Below are positions 1 to 8,651 of a stretch of 64,000 nt of DNA, piece by piece. Position 1 is the stretch's first letter. Every line of letters begins with the position of its first letter. A program made the translations under genes and the position numbers. The DNA is taken from assembly GCA_049304055.1 (NCBI GenBank), contig JBAQNT010000007.1, forward strand, positions 55,370-119,369, given 5' to 3'. The notes beneath the pieces were generated by a model, which saw nothing but the letters and a program-made list of their open reading frames with translations, ran no database searches and had not been told where the DNA came from. Source of the DNA: Microgenomates group bacterium (GTDB taxonomy: Bacteria; Patescibacteriota; Microgenomatia; UBA1406; GWC2-37-13).

Positions 1-983
1 TCTTTTCCACCGAATGGACTGGTATTGGGGCCGACACTGATTTTGATTGTCGGATCCTCAACTGTGATATGAGGCATGCTTTGTGGGAATGCAGGATCAC
101 AGACGGTCTGACCAATCGTCAAGATTGGGATACCTGCGATTGTCGCAATATCTCCCGCAACGGCCTCATCAACCTCGACTCTGTTGAGTCCTGAGGTCGT
201 GAAAAGTTTTGCGATTTTATATGATCCTAATACTTTATCGTTTTCTCCAACGACAGCAACCGTTTGATCTTTCTTAAGCGTGCCTTGAGAAATCTTTCCG
301 ATACATAATCTTCCGACATAATTATCATAATCAAGTGTCGATATCTGCATCTGGAGTGGTTTATCTGAGTTCACGTCAACATTCGGGAATTCTTTGAGAA
401 TGGTTTCAAACAGCGGAGAAAGATCACCTTCCATATCTGCTGAATACTTTTCAGGAAGCTTGTAAAATGCCTTTCCATCACGGCCAACTGCGAACAATGT
501 TATGAATTCAAGTGAGGAATCATCTTCGGCAAGGTCCAAGAAAAGACTTTCTATTTCTGAAATGATTTCTTCTGGGCGTGCGTCTCTTTTATCGATTTTA
601 TTGATGACAAGTACGATCTTGAGACCTGCTTGCAGCGCTTTTTTAAGGACGAATTTTGTCTGAGGAAGTGGACCTTCAGCAGCATCTACCAAGAGTATGG
701 CACCTGAGGCCATGGTGATGGTGCGTTCTACTTCACCACCAAAGTCAGCATGTCCCGGTGTGTCGATGATGTTGATTTTTGTATCCTTATAGAAAACGGA
801 GGTATTCTTTGCCAAAATGGTGATTCCACGCTCTCGTTCAAGATCATTTGAGTCCATGATAAGCTCTTGGCTCATTTCTTTCTGGTTGTCACGGAATGAA
901 TGTGTTTGCTTCAAAAGAGCATCAACCAATGTTGTTTTCCCGTGATCGACGTGAGCGATGATAACGATATTACGAATCTCCAT
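1..983 (-). CDS. typA: Translational GTPase TypA/BipA, N-terminal ~327 aa (rest lies left of the window)
   Basis: My own reverse-strand translation from ATG at 983-981 gives [26 protein letters not shown]...[19 protein letters not shown]...[16 protein letters not shown]...[13 protein letters not shown]. These are the G1-G4 GTPase motifs plus the TypA-type [14 protein letters not shown] stretch. The frame is open to position 1. It is absent from the ORF track because it is truncated. Confidence 0.85.
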   Translation of the reverse strand, partial: MEIRNIVIIAHVDHGKTTLVDALLKQTHSFRDNQKEMSQELIMDSNDLERERGITILAKNTSVFYKDTKINIIDTPGHADFGGEVERTITMASGAILLVDAAEGPLPQTKFVLKKALQAGLKIVLVINKIDKRDARPEEIISEIESLFLDLAEDDSSLEFITLFAVGRDGKAFYKLPEKYSADMEGDLSPLFETILKEFPNVDVNSDKPLQMQISTLDYDNYVGRLCIGKISQGTLKKDQTVAVVGENDKVLGSYKIAKLFTTSGLNRVEVDEAVAGDIATIAGIPILTIGQTVCDPAFPQSMPHITVEDPTIKISVGPNTSPFGGK

Positions 984-1115
984 AAGATATATAGTGTGTG
1001 GAATCTTTCAACGCAAAAAATAATGAGTCGAAGAAGCTCCAAATTATGAACATACTCTTATACACCATTTCTTCGCTCTTTTGGGGGAAACAGGGATTTC
1101 TTTCGCATCATCCTA

Positions 1116-1124
1116 TGATAGAAT
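1116..1124 (+). promoter_or_regulatory. Candidate extended -10 promoter for tRNA-Gln
   Basis: TGaTAGAAT at 1116-1124, 12 nt upstream of the tRNA 5' end. No good -35 element. Confidence 0.3.
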
Positions 1125-1136
1125 ATACCATAGGCT

Positions 1137-1210
1137 TGCCCGGTCGTCTAACGGTAGGACATCAGACTCTGAATCTGATTATCTTGGTTCAAATCCAGGC
1201 TGGGCAACCA
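1137..1210 (+). tRNA. tRNA-Gln (anticodon CUG), CCA encoded
   Basis: Hand-folded cloverleaf. Acceptor TGCCCGG/CTGGGCA (one G-U pair), D-arm GTCT..GGAC, anticodon stem TCAGA/TCTGA with loop CTCTGAA (anticodon CTG). T-arm CTTGG/CCAGG with loop TTCAAAT, discriminator A, then CCA. Confidence 0.85.
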
Positions 1211-4200
1211 ACACAAAATTACAAATCCTCCCCTTCACATAGATAAGCTTGTAAGTATTTCCTGTTATATATTTTGCTATTCCTTCTGATTTAAGAGCGG
1301 CTTTCTCTATGTCGGCTTGCGTTGAAGCTACAGGAACGACAACAGTTCCGCGGAATTTGCCATTTACCTGGACCGGGACCTCAACGATAGTTTCTCTGAC
1401 ATCAACGGCAGTCTGCATGGGCCAATTGCTTAAGTGCACCGATTTTTTTTCATTAAAGATATCTCTCCATATCTTTTCAGATACAAATGGTGCGAAGGGT
1501 GCCAAAATCTGTATGAATTTTCGTGATTCATCCCTGGATAACTCAGGCTTTGACTCATACATATTAAGAAACTCCATCATGGCGGCAATCGCTGTGTTGA
1601 ATTTTGTCTGTGAAATGTCATCTCCCACTTTCTGTATTGTCTTATTGAGCTTGTTTACTAATTCTGGATTTGATGATTGAGTAAACGACTGAGTCGCATA
1701 CAGGCTCCAAACACGCTTCACGAAACGGTGTGCGCCTTGGAGGGCTTTCATCGACCAAGCGATTTCCATGTTGAACGGCGCCATAAACATCTCATACAGT
1801 CGAAGAGTGTCTGCCCCATACTGCGCCACCACATCATCTGGGTTGATGGTGTTTCCCCATGACTTACTCATTTTTCTATGATCTTCTGCTAAAACCATCC
1901 CAACATTACGGAGTCTTAAGAATGGTTCTGGATAATTAAGAAGCCCCAAATCGCGCAATGCCTTAACCCAAAAACGTGCATAGAGAAGGTGTAAGACCGC
2001 GTGTTCCGCTCCTCCCAGATACCAATCAACTGGCATCCATTTATTTTCTTTCAAGCTAAGTTTGAACTCTTCCAAAGATTCATTCCTCGTATCCTGTCCA
2101 AAACGAAGGAAATACCAACAACTCCCCGCCCAGTTAGGCATGGTGTCAGTTTCTCTTTTTGCACTTCCCCCACAAACAGGACAGACTGACTTTGAGAATC
2201 CAGCGATCTTTGATAATGGAGACTCACCTGTGTCTGTCGGCTCATATGATTCCGTATAGGGCAGTTCAAGAGGAATGTCTTTTTCATCAATCATCGTCCA
2301 TCCACCAACCATACGTGTTTCGATAAATCTCAACAGCTCAAACTGTTCTGGTGCATCTTTTGTGCCGGCACTGAAATGTGCTTTTCCTGGCATAACATAT
2401 ACATTTGCTTTCCCAAATTGTTTTTCGGCAAACAGCTTCATTTCTTTGGGCAGATAGGGGTCATTTTCTCCGAAAACGACAGTTATTTTACGAACGTTCT
2501 TTTTTATCTTATCCCAATCTATTGGATGTGCATTATAAAGAGTAGCCATAGCATCAGCAGTTTCTTGATTGAATGCTTTTGCCAATACCGGCTTATACGC
2601 TTCATCCACATAGAGGACTGGAGCAACGAGCACCAATTGATCAATTTTTTGGTTTTGAGCAATATGGAGTGCCGTTCCTGCACCACTTGAGTGCCCAATG
2701 ATGATTGAAGATGTTCCTATGAAATCCTTATAGTTATCTTGCAGAAATGCCTGTCGCGTTTCATAGCTTGGCATACGCGCATCAGGAAGTGTTGGACTGA
2801 CCGTCTTTACTCCTGCTGACTCCATATGGTTACGAAGCCATGGAAACCAATTCCCCTCGCCATTCCCCCATGTACCGTGGATAATCATCATGTTCGTATC
2901 ATTTCCTTTCTTTTCACAGGCATCGCAATGAACCATCGGAATAGGTTCACCCCAGTATCTCTGACGTGAAAAAATCCAATCACGGAGATGATATGTCGTA
3001 ATGCGCTTTCCCCACTTCTTCTCTTCGATATGATCCATAATCTTCGCTGTGGCAGTATGTATATCCATATCGTTTAGGAATCCTGAATTCATCATCACAC
3101 CTTCCTCTTCCTGAACCTGTTCACGCTTCGTAATTGGTGAAACGTCTCCATCTTTGCCCTTCACGACACGGATTATTTCTATTCCAAACGTCTGTGCAAA
3201 ATCAAAGTCTCGCAAATCATGTGCTGGTACACCCACTACCGCACCCGTCCCAAAGCCCATAAGGACAAAGTCAGATGTCCAAACAGGTAGTTTCTTCCCG
3301 TTCAGATTATTGATAGCATAAAGTCCGGTGAAGGCGCCTGTTTTCTTCTTCCCTTCCGATTCCCGCTCCATTTCGCTTTTTGATGCAGTTTTGGTGCGAT
3401 ATTCCTCCAATCCCTGCGCGATTTTTGCGTCAACGGATATTTTCCCCGTGATGATATCCGTTATGAGTTTATGTTCCGGAGCTAAGACAATGAATGTTGC
3501 CCCAAAATTGGTATCGGGCCGTGTTGTGAAGCATGTTATTGACTCATTGGTATTTTCTATCGCATAAACGATATTGATGCCTGATTTTTTTCCGATCCAA
3601 TTCTTTTGCATTTCAAGAATGCCCTTTGGCCAATCGAGCAGTTTGAGGTCCTCAAGGAGCTGTTCTCCGTATGCTGTTATGCGAAATATCCATTGTGGGA
3701 GCTCTTTTTTTGTTATTTCGCTTCCACATCTCTCATGAGTGCCATTTGCAAGCACTTCTTCTTCTGCCAGACCGGTTTTACATTTGGGACACCAATGGAT
3801 GGGAGTGTTTCTTTTATACAACAGACCCATCTTAAAGAACTGCATGAAGAGCCATTGTGTCCATTTATAGTAACTAGGATCGGTCGTTGCGAATTCACGC
3901 TTCCAGTCATACGATAACCCAAGCATATTCATCTGCCTTTTGAAGTTGAGTATGTTTCCTGGTACCATGTCGAGCGGGTTCTTATGCGCTTTGATTGCGG
4001 CATTTTCTGCAGGTAATCCGAATGCATCCCATCCCATGGGGTGCAGTACCTGTTTTCCTGACATCTTGAAGTATCTCGCCATGACATCTGTGCCTGTATA
4101 TATACGAACGTGCCCAACATGAAGACCGGCACCTGATGGATATGGAAACATCGAAAGGCAATATGCTTTATTCTCGTTATTCTTTTCACTAGACCCTGCG

Positions 4201-4283
4201 GTCAGATAGACCTGTTCTTTCCCCCATAACTCTGTCATCTTTGATTCAAATTCTGATGGGTTATATTTCGCTTTATCGTCCAT
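1179..4283 (-). CDS. leuS: Leucyl-tRNA synthetase (1034 aa) with a ~200-aa alpha/beta-hydrolase-like insertion
   Basis: Class I motifs PYPSGAGLHVGH (HIGH) and KMSKS. The CP1 editing region contains TTRPDTNFGATF. Zn-knuckles HCDAC and CPVCGG..KRETDTM are present. The extra domain lies between the knuckles (see finding). Confidence 0.93.
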   Translation of the reverse strand: MDDKAKYNPSEFESKMTELWGKEQVYLTAGSSEKNNENKAYCLSMFPYPSGAGLHVGHVRIYTGTDVMARYFKMSGKQVLHPMGWDAFGLPAENAAIKAHKNPLDMVPGNILNFKRQMNMLGLSYDWKREFATTDPSYYKWTQWLFMQFFKMGLLYKRNTPIHWCPKCKTGLAEEEVLANGTHERCGSEITKKELPQWIFRITAYGEQLLEDLKLLDWPKGILEMQKNWIGKKSGINIVYAIENTNESITCFTTRPDTNFGATFIVLAPEHKLITDIITGKISVDAKIAQGLEEYRTKTASKSEMERESEGKKKTGAFTGLYAINNLNGKKLPVWTSDFVLMGFGTGAVVGVPAHDLRDFDFAQTFGIEIIRVVKGKDGDVSPITKREQVQEEEGVMMNSGFLNDMDIHTATAKIMDHIEEKKWGKRITTYHLRDWIFSRQRYWGEPIPMVHCDACEKKGNDTNMMIIHGTWGNGEGNWFPWLRNHMESAGVKTVSPTLPDARMPSYETRQAFLQDNYKDFIGTSSIIIGHSSGAGTALHIAQNQKIDQLVLVAPVLYVDEAYKPVLAKAFNQETADAMATLYNAHPIDWDKIKKNVRKITVVFGENDPYLPKEMKLFAEKQFGKANVYVMPGKAHFSAGTKDAPEQFELLRFIETRMVGGWTMIDEKDIPLELPYTESYEPTDTGESPLSKIAGFSKSVCPVCGGSAKRETDTMPNWAGSCWYFLRFGQDTRNESLEEFKLSLKENKWMPVDWYLGGAEHAVLHLLYARFWVKALRDLGLLNYPEPFLRLRNVGMVLAEDHRKMSKSWGNTINPDDVVAQYGADTLRLYEMFMAPFNMEIAWSMKALQGAHRFVKRVWSLYATQSFTQSSNPELVNKLNKTIQKVGDDISQTKFNTAIAAMMEFLNMYESKPELSRDESRKFIQILAPFAPFVSEKIWRDIFNEKKSVHLSNWPMQTAVDVRETIVEVPVQVNGKFRGTVVVPVASTQADIEKAALKSEGIAKYITGNTYKLIYVKGRICNFVLVAQPGFEPR

Positions 4284-4322
4284 TTTATTTAAATTTAAAA
4301 TTTTTTAATTTTTAATTAAAAA

Positions 4323-5345
4323 TTAATCAAATCGCTTCAGTAAATTATACACCTTCTCTTTTATCTTTTCAGTCACGAGAACACGCACGGCTCCGACACT
4401 CTGTTGACCATACCACACCGCTGATCCAAGCGGAGCAAGTAGGATTGTCGGGAGCGTCAACAGGTCTTCCTCCCCTGTAATGAATAGCTGTTTTGTGGCC
4501 TTATTATGCCCTGAATGAATTAGTGAAGATATCTTGATTATTGCTTCTCTTTGGATTGTCCCTTTTTCATTTAAAGCATATTGACAATCTAATTGCTGTA
4601 TTTTTTTGAGAATAGTCTTATTTAGGGCTTTTCGCTGTGTTTTTCCGTCAATCACCGAAATGGATGGGAATTTTCCATTTTTTTGGAGTTCACTCGTTAC
4701 GACGTCTCCTATCGAAATATCCAAAGGTATATCGCTATTAGCTTCAGATTCGAACTCTTTACTCGCACCTTCTGCAAATTGATGAGGGAACTGCGAAAAT
4801 GAAGAAAAAATGCGGCCCAATGGATGCCTTAAACCCCCTCTAAGCGATTCTGGCAGAATAAATACTTTTCTGCTAATTAGGAACGAATAATAGCCTCTCC
4901 CTGTTCGGGTGATCAACCCTTGCCGAATACGTTCTGATGAGATAACCTCTCCATTCTCATCTTCAACAAGGGGAACTATGTATATAAAAAGGGGCTTCAT
5001 ACCAAGCTTTAGTCTCATATCATTGATCTTCTTTCCACCTATAGATGTGTCTTTTGTGAGAAAAAGAGCTTCAAAGTCGTTTTTTTTGATAGTAGGACCA
5101 AAAATATCATGCAGTTTCACTATTTCCACCGTTTTCTTGTGCAGTGTCGCAAATTGGAGGACTGTTTTTTTTCGGACAACATATGATTGAATGGAGTGAC
5201 TATATCGTTTATGCCTTACCATTGCCCCATCTGTGATACCTATCGTTACTTTTTCTCCTGCTCTAAAAGCACTCAGAAGCAACTGTTCATGACCCTTATG
5301 GAAATGGTCAAATGTTCCTCCGCAAACCACATGATGCAGTTTCAT
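4323..5345 (-). CDS. Fusion of archaeal-type phosphopantetheine adenylyltransferase (N-terminal) and DUF359-type GTP-dependent dephospho-CoA kinase (C-terminal)
   Basis: N-terminus HVVCGGTFDHFHKGHEQLL is the cytidylyltransferase GGTFDxxHxGH signature. The C-terminal half has LRHPLGRI...ISIGDVVTSEL...ISVIDGKTQRK, which is typical of the DUF359 family. Confidence 0.7.
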   Translation of the reverse strand: MKLHHVVCGGTFDHFHKGHEQLLLSAFRAGEKVTIGITDGAMVRHKRYSHSIQSYVVRKKTVLQFATLHKKTVEIVKLHDIFGPTIKKNDFEALFLTKDTSIGGKKINDMRLKLGMKPLFIYIVPLVEDENGEVISSERIRQGLITRTGRGYYSFLISRKVFILPESLRGGLRHPLGRIFSSFSQFPHQFAEGASKEFESEANSDIPLDISIGDVVTSELQKNGKFPSISVIDGKTQRKALNKTILKKIQQLDCQYALNEKGTIQREAIIKISSLIHSGHNKATKQLFITGEEDLLTLPTILLAPLGSAVWYGQQSVGAVRVLVTEKIKEKVYNLLKRFD

Positions 5346-5353
5346 ATCAAGAT

Positions 5354-5362
5354 ACTATACCA
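5354..5362 (-). promoter_or_regulatory. Extended -10 promoter (TGgTATAGT) 8 nt upstream of the ATG at 5345
   Basis: The reverse complement of 5354-5362 reads TGGTATAGT. The gap to the start codon is 8 nt (5346-5353). Confidence 0.45.
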
Positions 5363-5449
5363 CAGCTACGTCTTAAACTCTAAACCCTATATCCCTTTTA
5401 GCTATAAGGTTGAATGTTTAAGCCTGCAGATTTGTAGTATATTTAATCT

Positions 5450-6544
5450 ATGCCCCCAATTCATCCCCGCGTCCGTATAGTGATAGTATTAGTGCTTTCT
5501 TTTGCCTTAAGTGGAATTTTGATGAAATATACACAGGAATCCCCTCAAGATGGGACACCATCCATCCAAATCCAAAATATCGCTTCCGATTTCTCCCGTT
5601 CCATTTCAGACTCCAGTGCTGGCATCCTGAGTACCTTACAGTCTGTCCGCATCCCTACCCTTATATCCCTTTCGCCTTCCACACCTGTGGATCCTGTCGA
5701 TACTGCACCTGAGCCGACTCCTGATGAATGGTTGATAGAACCCACCTCTCCTCCCGAAGCTCCTACTTCCACCCCCGCCATCCTTAACCCTGCTGAGCCC
5801 ACCTCGCCTCCCTATACAACCCAAGCTCCTCCTAAAAATCCAACAATTCGCCCAACCGCTCCTCCTCAGCCGACAAAAGTGCCAAAACCGACGAAAGTTC
5901 CCAAACCAACGGAGGCTGTCTATCCACCGATAAATGATGATGTCCGACCCGGAACAAGCATCGAGGAAATCATGAAAGATGTTGAAAAGAGAGCGTGTGT
6001 TCCGTATAAGCTCCTTATGGCCATACGTACTCTTGAAGCGGGAAATTGGTTTAAAAATATGAGTGCAACAACCGCAAAGATGTATAACACCTATGGATGG
6101 TGGAAAACAGCGGATAAGGGGACTGTGTGTGCTGGATTGGGCTATTATACTCAATCTGGGATTATTCCTCCTGATAGTGCTGGGGCAGGTGAAACATGTA
6201 GCAGTAAAATAGGCCTTCAAACATATGATCTTAAGATTATGGGTATTATGCAAATCTCAGAACAAGAAGAGCAGGTTACTCGAAAATACACGATAAAAAC
6301 ATTGCCTAAAAATATAGATAGACGTGTGTTATTTGATAACATGCTCATATTTGGAATAGCCACAAAAAATAGAGCTGGAAAATTTCCCCAACCCAGTTGC
6401 TCTGACTGGCCACAAGAAACAGTTAAGGAAGTGGCGCGTATTCATGCATCAGGAAGTTCTGGATCCTGTAATTACACTTACTCACAGAACGGCAAGTCAG
6501 GAAATTACTGTAATGAAGTGTGGGATCTCTATAAATCCTACTAA
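5450..6544 (+). CDS. Membrane-anchored protein with a Pro/Thr-rich linker and a C-terminal SLT-like lytic transglycosylase domain
   Basis: N-terminal TM segment IVIVLVLSFALSGILM. The PT-rich stretch includes a PTKVPKPTKVPKPTE mini-repeat. LMAIRTLEAGNWF and GIMQISEQE resemble the catalytic-Glu and GLMQ motifs of SLT domains. Confidence 0.5.
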   Translation: MPPIHPRVRIVIVLVLSFALSGILMKYTQESPQDGTPSIQIQNIASDFSRSISDSSAGILSTLQSVRIPTLISLSPSTPVDPVDTAPEPTPDEWLIEPTSPPEAPTSTPAILNPAEPTSPPYTTQAPPKNPTIRPTAPPQPTKVPKPTKVPKPTEAVYPPINDDVRPGTSIEEIMKDVEKRACVPYKLLMAIRTLEAGNWFKNMSATTAKMYNTYGWWKTADKGTVCAGLGYYTQSGIIPPDSAGAGETCSSKIGLQTYDLKIMGIMQISEQEEQVTRKYTIKTLPKNIDRRVLFDNMLIFGIATKNRAGKFPQPSCSDWPQETVKEVARIHASGSSGSCNYTYSQNGKSGNYCNEVWDLYKSY

Positions 6545-7639
6545 TTACCTGGTTATCTGATAGCTTTTGACTGTTTCTAGAAGTTTTTTCGCTTCTTCAC
6601 TATCTTCAAAATGCTTTCTGACGGGCTGCAATAATTTATCAATAAGTATAACGACCGTATTTTTTAAGTCCATTGGGTGCAACTTCTTTTCAGCAAATGC
6701 CGCTTCCAGTTCTGCGTAGGTTTTAAATCGCAGTGTCCCGCCCCATTTTTCCGGGCGTTCGACAACGAACTCAGTGATGCTAAGTCGCTCAAAAGACTCA
6801 AATATAATGTATTTGCAATATTCAAGCACTGGATTTTCCTTTACATCCCCCTCCAAACAATATGCCTTATTAATTTTTCGCTGTACATCTTCTTTCGTAT
6901 CGGTCATGAATATCGCGGTATCGGGCTTTGACTTGGACATCTTCAGTTCGATGGTCCTTTGGAGTGCGTCCTGCTCATTTGAGACAGGTTTTGCCAGCCC
7001 GCGAAGCATGTGATGGCTGACGACAACCGGTTTCCAGTATCCCAACTGTTGCCCGACTTCCCGCGCCAACATATTCACTTTGCGTTGATCCATGCCAAGT
7101 TGGGTAATTTTCGCACCCAACATGAAAATGTCAGCAACTTGCATACAGGAGTAGATGATATGTGCGCCAGTAAGCTTTTCAAGTGACTCCTCACGTCCCA
7201 TCATCTCGGCAGTCCGGATGAACCGTTTCAACGCATTTGATTTTCCGACCTGCACGACAAGTTTCCAGTATTCTGGATTCTTTGCCATATCAGACGCCCA
7301 CATGAACTCAACGTTATCAAGGTCCATGCCGCTCGCCCGCCAGACCTCAATAAAATATTTTCCGACAGTCTTTATCTTTTCCAAGTCCCCACCCATCTTG
7401 TTGTTCGCCATCGCGTGCCAATCCGCAACCCACATACGGAACTTGACTCCAGCCTTGATCATTTTATTCACGTTGATCGCACGAAGAAGACCTTGTGCAA
7501 TATGAATTTGTCCAGACGGTTCAAATCCGTCATATGCAATAAGCTGTTCGCCGCTTTCAAGAAGGGATTTCAGTTCCTCTCCTCCGATTATTTCTTCACC
7601 CACCTCGTTAATAAGATTCAGCTTATCTTCTGTATTCAT
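6545..7639 (-). CDS. tyrS: Tyrosyl-tRNA synthetase, archaeal/eukaryal type
   Basis: YDGFEPSGQIHIAQG (HIGH region) and KMSKSKPD (KMSKS). The C-terminal RPEKWGGTL...KKLHPMDLKNTV closely parallels the Methanocaldococcus-type TyrRS as I recall it from memory. Confidence 0.85.
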   Translation of the reverse strand: MNTEDKLNLINEVGEEIIGGEELKSLLESGEQLIAYDGFEPSGQIHIAQGLLRAINVNKMIKAGVKFRMWVADWHAMANNKMGGDLEKIKTVGKYFIEVWRASGMDLDNVEFMWASDMAKNPEYWKLVVQVGKSNALKRFIRTAEMMGREESLEKLTGAHIIYSCMQVADIFMLGAKITQLGMDQRKVNMLAREVGQQLGYWKPVVVSHHMLRGLAKPVSNEQDALQRTIELKMSKSKPDTAIFMTDTKEDVQRKINKAYCLEGDVKENPVLEYCKYIIFESFERLSITEFVVERPEKWGGTLRFKTYAELEAAFAEKKLHPMDLKNTVVILIDKLLQPVRKHFEDSEEAKKLLETVKSYQITR

Positions 7640-7686
7640 ATGTTTTATTATACATCGTCAGAAATAAATGGTATTATAGTTTTAAT

Positions 7687-8298
7687 ATGGTATGGCCAGC
7701 AAACAGTGAAATAACTTCCAATGTCGTCAAGTCAAAAATACAGGTCAACCTCCCTAGCTCCGATAAACCATTCCTTATTCCCGCAACGGAAAAAATGCCG
7801 GAATTTCCTGATATGACTAATTGTTCGACAATAAAGCTCCCCGATTGTACGCCTGCGGGATCTATCGTCCTTGCCTATTCCGGATCTCCTCAGTTTGATG
7901 CAAATTTTACAAGTTCAACTACCGAACGACGCAACGTAAAGGTAAGAAGATATGTCGTCGGAAAAAATGGAGACGCCTTCACGCTGACTGAAGAGCCTTT
8001 TGCGCCAGACAGAACCCCCGAAAATGATTCTTTCCTTGAACTTGCGGAAACTGAACTTCTTCCCATCCTTGACCTTCAGCAGGACAATAAAATCCCCATA
8101 AAGAAAAGGCTTGAGCAGATTGATGCAAAGTTCCCTGGGATCGCAATCGGACAAGATCTTAAACCTCCAGCAGGTCATGCACTCATGTTACTTGGGACAA
8201 CTCACCATCAAGTCGTTTCAGGACTCCTCACTCCCAAAACACTTGCTGACTATAAAAACTCATTGGGTGCACCAAAACCAATACTATCTCATCAATAA
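7687..8298 (+). CDS. Hypothetical protein (203 aa)
   Basis: Long ORF with no competing frame. TGgTATTAT extended -10 at 7669-7677, 9 nt before the ATG. No recognisable domain. Confidence 0.5.
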   Translation: MVWPANSEITSNVVKSKIQVNLPSSDKPFLIPATEKMPEFPDMTNCSTIKLPDCTPAGSIVLAYSGSPQFDANFTSSTTERRNVKVRRYVVGKNGDAFTLTEEPFAPDRTPENDSFLELAETELLPILDLQQDNKIPIKKRLEQIDAKFPGIAIGQDLKPPAGHALMLLGTTHHQVVSGLLTPKTLADYKNSLGAPKPILSHQ

Positions 8299-8642
8299 AA
8301 CGCTCCTTGGACCCATTTTTTAGGCAACTCCTCTACTTTCCTATCTTCTGGATGCGTAAATGCATAAAACTGTTCCCCTGTGTGTTTGTGGACAACCATA
8401 TCTTCTCGCCCGTCGTCAAATCTGTAGAGCGTGTCAAAGTCGCCCCACGCCTCAAACAGACCCATGCTTTTATGTTTCCCTTTTGTATATGCTTCCAATA
8501 AACGAGCTTGAAAAGGCGATTGTATGATAACCCACTTAAGAAGGTGTTGATGAGTAAAAACCTGAACGCTCGCCCCAGGATGGATTATGTGAGTGGGAGT
8601 GTCTTTCTGTATCTCTGATCTGAAAACATCTCTTTCGACCAT
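8292..8642 (-). CDS. Hypothetical protein (116 aa)
   Basis: ORF preceded by TATAAT (reverse complement of 8651-8656) 8 nt upstream of the ATG. No recognisable domain. Confidence 0.45.
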   Translation of the reverse strand: MVERDVFRSEIQKDTPTHIIHPGASVQVFTHQHLLKWVIIQSPFQARLLEAYTKGKHKSMGLFEAWGDFDTLYRFDDGREDMVVHKHTGEQFYAFTHPEDRKVEELPKKWVQGAFY

Positions 8643-8651
8643 TGTGCCCTA

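Noticed and set aside
998-1246. An 82-aa ORF on the + strand overlapping the tRNA-Gln gene.
   Set aside because: It is fully explained by the tRNA (1137-1210) and the leuS 3' end on the other strand. It has no promoter or coding signature.
2304-2903. The possibility that the LeuRS insertion is an intein.
   Set aside because: There is no Cys/Ser/Thr at the N-terminal junction paired with a C-terminal His-Asn plus nucleophile, and there are no homing-endonuclease motifs. Instead the insert has a GxSxG elbow and an Asp/His arrangement typical of alpha/beta hydrolases.
1309-4189. Many 60-120-aa ORFs on both strands inside leuS. Similar nested ORFs occur inside every long gene, for example 5636-6253, 8968-10551, 14650-19522, 21407-22900, 23354-25987 and 45830-53701.
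   Set aside because: They are shadow ORFs antisense to, or out of frame with, well-supported long genes. Their low-complexity or odd composition mirrors the real frame.
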